From assembly GCA_002633005.1 (NCBI GenBank), contig NMRA01000378.1, forward strand, positions 62,001 through 126,000: a stretch of DNA of 64,000 nucleotides, read 5' to 3'. Shown here piece after piece: positions 38,687 to 50,327 of this stretch. The notes under the pieces are model-generated. The model worked only from the letters and a program-made list of their open reading frames with translations. It did not search any database and had not been told where the DNA came from. The stretch is from Phoronis australis (lineage: Eukaryota > Animalia > Phoronida). The position numbers and the translations under genes are program-made. Within the stretch, counting starts at the first letter, position 1, and each line of letters opens with the position of its first letter.

Positions 38687-39574
38687 TAGGCAATGACCAG
38701 AGGCGATGCAGCTCCTATATTCGCTCCATATGCCGGAAGCTTTTCGGCGAATTATGCCTCACACTGGGTAAAGCATGAAAGTCACGTTGTTATAAATACC
38801 TTTTGCGTATGGAGGGACACCTTAGGAGGTTGGAGGTGGGTTTAATTCCTTCCAACTCGAACAAATACTCCGGTTATCGAACTTTTTTTCGAGCAGTCAC
38901 TCATTCAGTTCCCAAAATCGTGAACTCACCATTTTTATAATGCACACGCTCCAATTTTTACCGCGCTCGCTAAGTGATGTGACTTCATGACCTTATTGAC
39001 CTCAATCTTTAAATAGGGCAAAGGTGAGCAATTGCGGTCTTGTCAGTCAAATGTTCATTTCCAAAATGCCACCACTACTTGTCTTTAATTGGTGTTACTT
39101 GAAACTGATTGTATTTCAATGAATTATTGTTTGTATTTGATAAAAATAAATGCTGTTGATATGACATTTAATAGTCTTTGTGCACATATTTGACATGTTA
39201 ATGTTTAACAACACGGCAAATGCACGGCTGGTTCCCGGCAGCACGTACGCAAAGGGCGAGAACTTCAGCTTTCAAAGTTCGCCTGTAGGACCGCAACTTC
39301 TAACCTTCGGCCTGGTTAAAAGAATGAGTACATCATATCTCTTGGCGTGCGCCGAGTGAAAATGTTGAGTTCACAATTTTGGGACTGCTCGAAGAAAAAG
39401 TTTGATAACGGGAGTATTTGTTCGAGTTGGAAGGAATTAAACACGTGGACAACCTGACTTCGATGTTTTAATCGGAGCGAGGCATAATTTGCCGAAAAGC
39501 TTCCGGCGTTTGGAGCGCCTATTAGGAGTTGCATCGCCTCTGGTCGGGCCAACAGAGGCGATGGTCATTGCCTA
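38687..39574. mobile_element. Mutator-like foldback/MITE with ~250-bp TIRs and a 9-bp TSD (acatacgag)
   Basis: TAGGCAATGACCA...TGGTCATTGCCTA ends; long inverted arms 38687-38935 and 39360-39574; TSD at 38678-38686 and 39575-39583. Confidence 0.85.
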
Positions 39575-42500
39575 ACATACGAGAGGGTGTGCTCTGAAAA
39601 GATCGAGGCAATGCCCCGTGGCCATGACGCACTCAGCTACTCCTTTCCCGCTATTCAGTGCTATAGTGTGCCTGGCCCTAAAATGACTTGTTGTGGATGG
39701 CCTGCTAATCAGCTAATGCTAATGGTTATCTCTTGGTCTTACACAACTTATTTCGTAGAAAAATCACATCACTTCAGAATACAACATAGTATACAAGATA
39801 ATAATTATCATTAAATGTTTCGTATACGTTACTGCTGATGTATTCCTTGACTCGTTAGCTTTGAAATGCGGGAGTTTGACGAAAACAGAGAGATTTAAAC
39901 AGCTGTAAATCCATCGACATTACTTTGCTGGAAGTCGCCATGTTGGTGAACTAGTTTGACTTATTATTCAACTGACCAATAGAATGCCTTGTTTCTTGAA
40001 ATCGGAACAGCCAATGCTATTCCAAGAATGCGTATGGAAAAGTGCGCTGTAGCAGACCCCAACCAACCTCGAGGGTCAGTGCAGGAGACTAGATAGAAAA
40101 CTTCCGGTTTTATGAAGCTGTCGTTCCCTCGTTTCAAGATTTGGTAAAGTAATTAGTCGAATTGCTCGATTTTTGGAGTGTTTAAGACTTGTAAAAATAA
40201 AATGCGTATACTGTTCTCTGTCATGTCATTTAAAACATTCACAAGATAATTCAGACATGTTATGAGTTATTAACGTCAGAAACGTCTTCAGCTGATTTTC
40301 CCGTGTTTATCATTTACACTTACGCAGTCGCATCAGCTGATTTTTTTGTTGCAATTAGTATTGATGTTTGTTTAAATTGAGTACCGTACAAATCGGCTCA
40401 TAATCATGGGCACAAGTATTAACCAACAAAAATGAATTTGTAACAATGTTACACAATAAATATTTGTAATTCACACACACTTTGTTCCATTTGCAAAACT
40501 TGAGTGTCAAAAACTTGTGTGTCAAAACCTTGCTGTCACTACTATCATAGGCGAAAAGTACATTGTAAGGCAACTTCTAAACATAGCTACGATTATGCAA
40601 AATTGGTTCGATACATGACACTTGTTGCTGTTAACAATCTTTATTCCATTCCGTTCTCGTCAGAACATTGGTAAAGAAACTGACCAAGAGACGACAAACT
40701 ATATTTCGAAAATACTTGTTTCATCAAGTGGAAATAAAATGACTCAGTAATACCACCACAAAGTAAAAGCTAATCAAATATGCAATGGTACACAGCAGGT
40801 GTGAAATACTGCAAGGACTGACAAATGGAGGGGGTAACAAGAATGTCGAGCTAACAAGTGCAGCATGACCCTGTTTGCTGCTCATTCAAAATGGGCTTCG
40901 TGAATGTAATCGAAAAGGACTCTCAATATTTTCAATATCGCATTGAGCGTGAATGTTTAATTGCCACAACAGAATCAGTGCCACTATTGAGTAGTGGAGA
41001 TAACCAGCGATTGAATTGAAAGCGTCAAAATTTGGAAGGACCAGTTGGCACTGTAATTTTCTTTAGGGTTTTGCGACCCGAACAGATATTCAATGTTCGA
41101 AAGGAAACTTGTATAGTATATTTTTATAAATTAAGTTTTTGTACTTTATACACAGTGAAGGGAATTCAGTTTAAATTGTTATATTTTTGCCTGCAGAAGA
41201 AAAAAGTTACATGTATAACATGAAATGAAACCACCAACTGAAACAAAATACAAAATTTGAAATAGAGAACATGAGAGGTAAAGATTCGGGTTATGAAAGG
41301 TGTTCTGTCAGCCTTATTTTTAGTGGTTATCAGATAGCACAGAACACACAAAATAGACATTTTTCATTTTTTTTATTTTCCCAGTTCCAATGAGTAAGTA
41401 ACAGGGGTCTGGGATTCCCCTACCTTACTTTACAATTGGTAAGTGAAAAATGACAACACGAATATGCAATGGGATTTTTACAATAACAAAGAGGAAAAAA
41501 ACATAACAACATTACATAAAGTGTTGCATACATTTCTGAGAACGAATACAAAAACACCCTATGTTTTACAAAATAGAGCTGTCAGAGCAAAGTAAAATAC
41601 AAATTTCATCAGAAACACTTCAATAGTCTAAAATGGTAGCTTTAGCCATTTATATATATTTTTGAAATATATTTTCGAGTTTCTTAAATTTTTTCAGCCT
41701 CAAAAATAGCCTTTTTTCAGGAAATAGCACCCAAAAATTTCAGGCCACAAAAATATCAAGTTTAGACGACTATGTTTGGGAATCCATAGCTTACTGTGTT
41801 GCTAAAACAAGATAGAGTCCTTAACATGTAGGTTAACAACATATCGTCACCAAACCACTTTTAAAACGACAAAACACTTAAAGAATTACCATGGTTCGGC
41901 GAAAATATTTTTTTTTGTTCCAAAATATTTCAAAACAATTCTAAAAATGAAATTGGTGTAACAAATGTTTTCAAAAATAGCAAAAACCAGAAACCTAGTT
42001 TTTTCATATTATTTTGTCATTTATTAAAAAATCTTTGAGGTTATTCGAATTATTCATTTTTCCCCAAGTGAGATCAATGTTTTCACAATCTTAAGTTACG
42101 CATAAAAATGGTCATGTGCATTTTTAATTAAACAAAATTAAATTGGACAATAAAATTTCAATGAAATTTAAATCAATTTTATTCCTGTCAAATAATATAA
42201 GAATTGAGAGGCGTTGTGTTATTGACAATCCAAAAAGAGCATACTCGTATTCTTAACGGTTTTGATGTACTGCAGCCTTGAATAAACAATTATTTTAATG
42301 CAAAATATATTTTTTTAAAAATGAGACTGATCACAGCACCACAAGGTAGAAAACATGTAACAAAATTATTTTTGAAGAAAATAGACTGAATCTATCCCCA
42401 AAACTTAAGTTAAATTGAATTTTAATAATATTCTGTACTGTTATAATGAAAATATTTCACCAACTTGGGTCACTATGTAATTTAGGGAAGTTTTGACTGA

Positions 42501-42728
42501 TTCTGTTTAATCCATTTGACCAAACAAATTTGAATTCAGTTTTAACCCTGTAAAGGTGGTCTGCATAGTTCTTGAAACTGACTGAATTTACCTTTTTGGA
42601 AGAGTATACTTGCAGGATTTTTCCAGGTTAGAAATTGAAAAGGCATTAAATTAAAAAAACTACATTTTCCCATACTTTTATCAAAAAAAAAACAAATAAA
42701 AGTGTAGATGTTTTTAGTAGTTTAACAT

Positions 42729-42891
42729 CAATAGCGGATTTAGAGGGGGGCCAAGAGGGCTACACCCCTCCTAAAATTCCCCCAGATTCCACGATTTGGC
42801 AGATCGGGAGTGCCAATGTCTGAATGACAAAATCCTGGCTAATACAGCTCTGCTCTGGACCTCCTAATACAAAATCCTGGATCCGCCCCTG
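42729..42891. mobile_element. Short GGCGGAT-type MITE
   Basis: caatagcggatttag ... ctggatccgcccctg; related to 30729-30887. Confidence 0.55.
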
Positions 42892-44706
42892 GATATACAT
42901 ATCATTAAAATCAGTTCAGTAACGGCCATTTAGCAAACTGAAAATTTATCCATTTATCCCCTTCTCAAGTGCTGCAGTACTTCGATTTTTAAAAATATTC
43001 ATGAATTACCCCATTTTTTGAAACGGATATCAATATAAAGAAGGAACTTTAAATATTTCGATGGCATATTTTTCATTTTCCACCACTTTTCATCATGCTA
43101 ATATATATGAGCTTCTGAAAATCATGAAAAATGGCAAAATTTCGCTCTTGCTGAATTTTGGATATATTGATAAACCATGGCTTATGTATTGTAAACATAG
43201 TGTCGAATGAGAAACTGCATTTAGGTGGATCCAAAGTTCATACAAAATCACAAAATTCAAACTAAATTTCATCGTAAATGACTGAGAATTCAACTGGTGA
43301 AAAGAATTATCCATTTAGCTCAACCTTTTCTTTGGGCCAAACAAACTCCTCGATTCCTGTGTTGAACTGTGCCAGCAAGCGGGACGATCAACAACTTGTC
43401 AAGTTAATTCCGACACGTTTCGTACCAATAATCCGGCTTGAATGGTTCGCGATTTAGTTTGCATTAAACACAACAAATTAATTTCAAACTCAAAAATTTG
43501 CTTGACGTGCGTGAAATAAAAAACAAATTTCACCTTCGTCACTACGCTTAGCCATGAGACCGGAAGTTTTGAATCCTGCTCACGTACTTTTGCGTTAGGC
43601 CGCGAGACTTCACGGAGTCGCGAATCTCTTTACTAATATCTATGGCGCCAGTGTATTTGCCTCTGACATCTCGTTCGAATGTCGGGTATCACGTGACTTT
43701 TCGCATAGTGGCGGTGCTCGCGATAGGTCAATTTTGAACTCAAGGTCGTAAGCAAACGTCCCGTGGAGTATGAAAATACAGTTGAAGTCCGTGCAAAGAT
43801 TTGGAATTTGGTTCTGATTGTTTCTGGAACTTTTAATGAGTTTTGTTTGATAGATTAAATTTTCACGCGCGTTCAGCACGACCGCGGTTTCACGTGACTG
43901 AGATTTCTGAAGCTGGGCCTTCAACCAAAGGTGAAATTTCACACTTCAGAACTTAGGACCATGACAGCGTTTTCCCGTTCAGTGACTTTACCAGACGAAG
44001 GGGGTTCTGAGCGAGTGACAACATGTAGCTTCTTTGTTAACTGCTGAAGACAGTCTGTTATGACAGCAGGCTTACTGTATAGCAGACCGCGTGTGAATAC
44101 AATCAAACCCAGAGTGAATTGATACATTCAGAAAGAATAGAATATCGTAACTTCGGTTGCAGTTGGGCGATTTTGGCGATTCAAAAACTAAACACGATCG
44201 CCATTTAACGAGGATTTCAGAACTGCTATTGGTTTATGTTCAAATATGTTGTAACTTAACTTTTATTTTTAACAGCACAGCCCAGTCAGACTAGATAGGA
44301 TCTTATTAAAGATTACAGTGTAGAACAATTATCGAACAAATTTTGAAGAAATACTATGGAAATAGCCAAAACAGAGGCTTCATGATTCGGTTCTCTGGTA
44401 CTGGTTGATAAATGGTTTTAGTAACTGAATCGTGTCACAGATAATATAAGAATCTTCACATTAGCGCTCTCAACTGGAGCAAGAAAACGACTTCTCCCTG
44501 ACACTCGACTCAGGTTTGGCGGTTCGTGACAGAAATTCGCTGCTTCACATAGTGGTTCAACAATTTACACGAATACAACACAGGAGTAAATTCCACAATC
44601 AGCTATCTTTCTTTGACTAAGTTCATTCGTATAGTTTAGCTTTTTGATATCGGCTGGTTTCGAAATTCTCCCGCTTTATCATTCACAGCCACCGACTAGT
44701 GCAGAC

Positions 44707-45400
44707 GCGTATTCTTCATCGCGGTGGGACATGGATATTTCAAGAGGTTTGTCTTTTCCCGTAAGCCGTTAGTGGGCCCTTTATCTTACATACATGTATC
44801 GGTAAAAATGTGTCTGCATTATTATATCAGGAAAGATGACAAAAACATGGGCGGCGCAACACTGAAATATGGGTTGCTATAGCTCGAGCCCAGCCCGCTG
44901 TGGTGTGCCGCCGATGAATCAGGCCTGTAACGCGAACGGCAGACTGCAATTCATAGCACATTGAAAGTGGTTCTCCACCAGTGAAACAGAAGTGAACCTG
45001 TTCACCAAGTAGTTTTGCTGTTGGTTCGTAAAATGAATTTATGATGATGTCAAAGTATTTTCTCTTAGTTTCAAATTTCAAAAAATTATATGTCAACTGC
45101 TCGTCGCTGCGTCTATCTTTCTCCCATAAGGTAAAGCCCGTCTCCTTATTTGGTATAGCAACACATAGACATGACACATTTCCCTCGTCAGGAACAACTG
45201 ACCATTGACCTATAATGTAAACAAAACAATCATATGGCGACCTGAAGCAGGTGCCAGTCCGATTAAGAAGCAATTGCCGTAAAATCTACATGTAACTATT
45301 TAAAATTAGTCATGAGGTTATCGCAGTAGGCCCATTCAAATATATTCTTAAATGTACTTGGAATTCTTTTTGGGAAATCGCTTGCTTCACTGTTTTGCCA
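44707..45400 (-). pseudogene. Second copy of the decayed coding-like segment at 11490-12210
   Basis: Colinear similarity; acceptor-like tttgtttacattatag near 45210; frameshifts relative to the other copy. Confidence 0.35.
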
Positions 45401-47287
45401 CATTCTGTGCTGTCGGCCTCCACATGGTAAGCTGCCTTGTCAGTAGCTCTGATTTGTCGAAGGACTGTGAGCGCATGCAGGTATTTGTCATGAGTGGGAG
45501 GAAGATTAGAAACTTTGTGGTGAACACAGATTTTTTCCTCGGCGTATATTAAAAATCATATCGTGGATTTTGTGATTGTTCGTGGAGATTCCCTCAGAGG
45601 GAAACTGAGCAAAATCTGCAGTAGGCGCTGCAAGATGGTAGTTTCAGCATTTGTTCCATGCTTTTTTAAAACCACGTTCATAGCAGTAGGTTCATACCTC
45701 CCGTCGGCGTATTACATGTGATCCATAGGTGGCGTTGAACGCCTGTCCACCAGAGACTTGATCAACGTCAGGCGGAATAGCGAATTTTAATATGGCGCGT
45801 CTACTTCGAAAATCAGTAATTGGCCTGAGAGCTGGAAAAACGAAGGCCAAGGGAACGCGTAACAGCAAACCACGACCAAATGAAAAATCAAATAATTGCT
45901 CCCCTAGCGATCACGTTTTATATTCACTTAGCGTTGTGTATGCATCAATGATGTGGCTCGCATACAAAATAAAAAATGCATTTGTTGATCCTTTACTTTT
46001 TACCAACAAGCATTTACGACTAAAATGCCACATTTGTTTGTGCAAATGAAAAATAAACATTTTCAAATATTAAACAGGTACTTCGAGAGGAAAGATATAT
46101 AGAAATTAGGAAGTACTACAAAACGGCTTACAAATAAGTAGCGGTAAAAATATCCACCATGCATCAAGTGTCAGAGGAGACAAAACTGAAGGCACTTTTT
46201 TGAACAACTGAAAGTAGTTGACATTCGCTGGAATCCAGAAGTGTGTCATTTCCATGATTTGAGTAAACATACAATAAAACTGCCGTTTATCGAATGGATT
46301 TAATTCCACGAAGGAGCTTTAGGTTGCATGGCTGCGGAATGTAGAGGGTCGATTATGCGCTGCCGCTCCTTTCAGACGTTGCTTTTATCGCCGATTATGC
46401 TCGATAACAAACATTGAAATAGAAAATGTCAAAGCTTTCTTCTGATTTGATTTAGGGTAAAAAGATAGACACCGGGAACTGCCAGGTTTAATTAAAGTCC
46501 TACTCTCAAACTGCCCATACGGTTCCAGTATCCGAAAATACTAACTACATAAAATCTTATTTTCGAAACCCTTTCTTTATATTCTTTCGCCTTTCTTGCC
46601 AAAAGCGATTTTTGAACAGTATTTGACTCTTCTCTCTGAGCGTATGATTACCGGTTGTCATCCGTTATTTCCGTACCCACATTTCCGGCTCATCAGTTCA
46701 GGAACTTGTCCTGAAAGCCGCCATTTTCCCCTTGTAACTGAATGTGCTATCGCTTGCTCGAAAAGTCTTCATTTTGTTTTGTTAGTAACATCTCGTGATT
46801 CGTTTGCATATGTAGTGTATTGTTAGTGGTCGTTGATGTTTTTTGGAATGTTACGCGTACTTAGTAGGTTAAAATAGCATTGGTGTTTAGTTCCTTACGT
46901 AGGCGGGTCGAACCTAGGAACCAATATGGGTCGAACCTATTTTTTTCGTTTTTTTTTCTCGTTTTGAAAAAGTACTTTGCTATCATCGGAAAGGTAGTGC
47001 ATTCTACTCAGTAAAAATCGAAAAAGTATCAAAACCGGGGCAAGCAGTGTAAAGTTATTGCAAGTTTGTGGCGAAATTTGGGTCACTTTGTTTAGATCGC
47101 GTCGGCCATATTGGAGGACAGCGGGATAAGTTACGAGTTTAAAACTTTGTGTAAATTGTTTTCGCCAACAAATTACGGTGAAATTTAGTTAGACATATCT
47201 TTACTTACTATTCTGCACGATTTAACAGTGTTCACCCAATTTCAGCCTCGCAGTTGTTACTCATTAAGTGATAAATGAGCTCACAAT

Positions 47288-50200
47288 GGGGCTATTCGGA
47301 AAATCTGCAACAACTAGAGGGCGTGCGTGTACTAGTGGTGATAGATTAACAGCCTCGATTTCGCGAGCCCTTTAAATACATGGTGAAATGGCTTGCAGCC
47401 GTGCCAATTGAATCTGAGATTGCGTAAAAAGGGTGCTTCTATGAGGGAAGTAAGCACGACCTCATACAAAGGTAAGGTTTGTGATCATTTTAACGATTAT
47501 TCCATGATTATTCTACCGATGCCTGTTCACTGAGGCACTCGCCGATGTCGACTTCGCGGCAGTCAGTCGCCAGCCAGAGTCTGGTTAATCTTTGTATGTT
47601 GCGATATGTGATACGATACTGGACGTAGCAATCGGGATCTTTTCGTACATCAAAGCATTATTATTGCTTGGAATGATTTCTATAAGTTTATCAGTGGCAG
47701 TTACATCAATCAATGCTGCATATTTATGCTGTCAACTCGATACAGGTTAAATTTGAGTTAAGGTTACAATCCAATCCCAATGGCAAAGGGTACGTGAGTG
47801 ATAAATATCCATTGCATTAGACTATTTGTTTACTCCCTATCATATGTCTTCTGGAAATCTATTACACGTTGAAATGGAAATCTATCACGTCAGTTTTCAC
47901 GTAACCTTTGGCTTTTTAGGTTTGAAGGCTTGTACCGTGCAGAGGAGATATGCATCGCTTCTGCACCGTCCCTGAATGGACAAATATTGGTTTTTAGCAT
48001 TTGACTGCAGCTAACCAACAAGATCTTCCCATCCAGTGCAGATCTGTTGTCAAAGCCTACTTTCAATATTGGAGACAACGAACAAAGCCTTTGAAAAGGA
48101 ACAGCTATTTTTAAAGTCACTTTGTTAAATTACTTATTCAGGTCCCGAGGGTGGATTGGCAAGTGGTGGGTTGTAATATTTGGTACAACTGAATGTGTGG
48201 AAATAACAGGTAATACATGTTTGGGGAAAAGAGCATGGTGAGGTAATTCTTAACCTTCACGAAGTCCCTCCTAGTTGATTTCATGAAACTGTTTTGGTAC
48301 TTGTATCAATTGTAAAACCACAAGAATATATTACATTTTCCGAATTTACAGTGACTGAATAGTCTTAACTCATGCCTTGAAATGTTGCAAGTCGTTATAC
48401 ATGTACATTCAAATGACTGCCGTTTTTGTGAAAATTGCATTTTTGATGGTGCCTTACGATTTGTAATAACTCTTAAACAACAGAAAGATTATCCATCATT
48501 TTTAAATGACCCAAGTCTTCATATCTTCTATTAGAAAGAAAACGGTTCCCTCAACCTTAGGCTAGAAGTATGCTTGACAGACCCATGAACCTGTAATCTG
48601 AGTTAAAAATTGCTGAAAGTATCAAAATTAAAAAGGCTTGAAAGGTTTGAAGTTGTCTCAAAAAACTTGTATATTTTACAGACAAGTGATGCGTTTAAAT
48701 AATTGTTATGGCTAGGGATAAAAAATAAAGACAGTTTTATGCAATACTCATTATATACACCCTTGGTTTCTGAAAATAGTAACTATTTACTTGTATGTGA
48801 AACTGTAGACCAATCACCATGTATTTTTGAAAAACAGGGATAATATTTTTGATCCAATCTGGAGTACTTAATTATTCATATTTCAATATTTGTTCCAGGT
48901 TCAGTGACATTTTAAGGCCACTTCAAGCTGTATCATAGACAAGCTTTGTTACTCTGTTCTCTTCCCACAGCACTTCCACACACCAGCAGTGCTGCATGGC
49001 ACAATGTGCAAGTCAGTGGCCCTGGAGAAATGTGAATCGCAGTACTAAGTTACCNNNNNNNNNNNNNNNNNNNNNNNNNNNNNNNNNNNNNNNNNNNNNN
49101 NNNNNNNNNNNNNNNNNNNNNNNNNNNNNNNNNNNNNNNNNNNNNNNNNNNNNNNNNNNNNNNNNNNNNNNNNNNNNNNNNNNNNNNNNNNNNNNNNNNN
49201 NNNNNNNNNNNNNNNNNNNNNNNNNNNNNNNNNNNNNNNNNNNNNNNNNNNNNNNNNNNNNNNNNNNNNNNNNNNNNNNNNNNNNNNNNNNNNNNNNNNN
49301 NNNNNNNNNNNNNNNNNNNNNNNNNNNNNNNNNNNNNNNNNNNNNNNNNNNNNNNNNNNNNNNNNNNNNNNNNNNNNNNNNNNNNNNNNNNNNNNNNNNN
49401 NNNNNNNNNNNNNNNNNNNNNNNNNNNNNNNNNNNNNNNNNNNNNNNNNNNNNNNNNNNNNNNNNNNNNNNNNNNNNNNNNNNNNNNNNNNNNNNNNNNN
49501 NNNNNNNNNNNNNNNNNNNNNNNNNNNNNNNNNNNNNNNNNNNNNNNNNNNNNNNNNNNNNNNNNNNNNNNNNNNNNNNNNNNNNNNNNNNNNNNNNNNN
49601 NNNNTTTTTTCCAATGCAATGTTACGACATTTACTGAATTAAGGCTTATTCATGTTAATTGATAACTGAGCTGGTGGTCCTGGGGGTGGGGTCCACGATA
49701 AAATAAGGAAACTCACTCATCTAGAGAATTTTATTGGAAACAGCATAGTTTTGAAGAGAAACTGCTGTGATAAAGTCACTCTTGACTTCTGTGCATCACG
49801 TACCATACACCTCTTATTTTGGGAGCACCCCACCCAGGACAACATGAATATGTGCTGCTAGCCTACCCGGCATCGGGTGAGTTTCCGAAAAGAAACACTT
49901 AGTTCCACTCAATAAAACTTTTATTCAGTGGGGTAACTGGTGGGGATAACATCACCGAACGATGTTGATAGAAACAAATTGCTAAAAACTTACCAAGTAA
50001 TGTTGTGTAGTCTCCGAATGGAACTGCATAGTCATAGAGCACACACGGGGCTTCAGCATCCACACACTTTTTGTCAGTTAGTTGACCCCGTTGACCGCAA
50101 TTGTCCACGAATATAGTAACCTTAGGTCTTTTTGGGAATTTGTGGCCACCTGTCGAAGACTTGCACCAGGGAAATTAGCAGTAATAAAGCTTAGCGCGAC

Positions 50201-50327
50201 GACGTATTTTGATAAAAATTCCATCTTTTAGCAGTAATGTTGTTTACATGCAGACGGCTACGCATGCGCAATTCAATCACCACTAGTACAGCAGCGACAC
50301 CGCGAGGAGAATTCTCCGAATAGCCCC
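47288..50327. mobile_element. ISL2EU-like DNA transposon, copy 2 (spans an assembly gap)
   Basis: Same TIRs and AT flanks, and near-identical to 34782-38280, but with different flanking DNA. Confidence 0.8.
49055..49604. other. Assembly gap
   Basis: Run of N; corresponds to ~1 kb (about 36534-37555) of copy 1. Confidence 0.98.

Larger units (their letters stand above)
30291..40092. mobile_element. Decayed two-gene DNA transposon with Kolobok-like protein remnants, hairpin ends and an 8-bp TSD (atagaaaa)
   Basis: atagaaaa at 30283-30290 and 40093-40100. The + strand near 33400-33600 gives GEGFAMRRGLPCC (KolX/P2RX7 C-terminus-like). The - strand near 33850-34600 gives SLLDP..., SSVVEF and KHPGV (Kolobok transposase-like). 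The two are convergent. Confidence 0.5.
30179..43644. mobile_element. Non-autonomous DNA transposon with CATAGA..TCTATG ends and a 7-bp TSD (gcgccag), P-superfamily-like; hosts nested insertions
   Basis: TSD at 30172-30178 and 43645-43651. The TIR catagact.tag.tagagact...gcaggatagaaaacttccggt (rejoined across the insert) is the inverse of accggaagttttgaatcctgc...aatctct...tctatg. The empty site is at 27701-27720. Confidence 0.75.

Noticed and set aside
48996-49637. Long ORFs of 189-213 aa
   Set aside because: Artefacts of the N gap.
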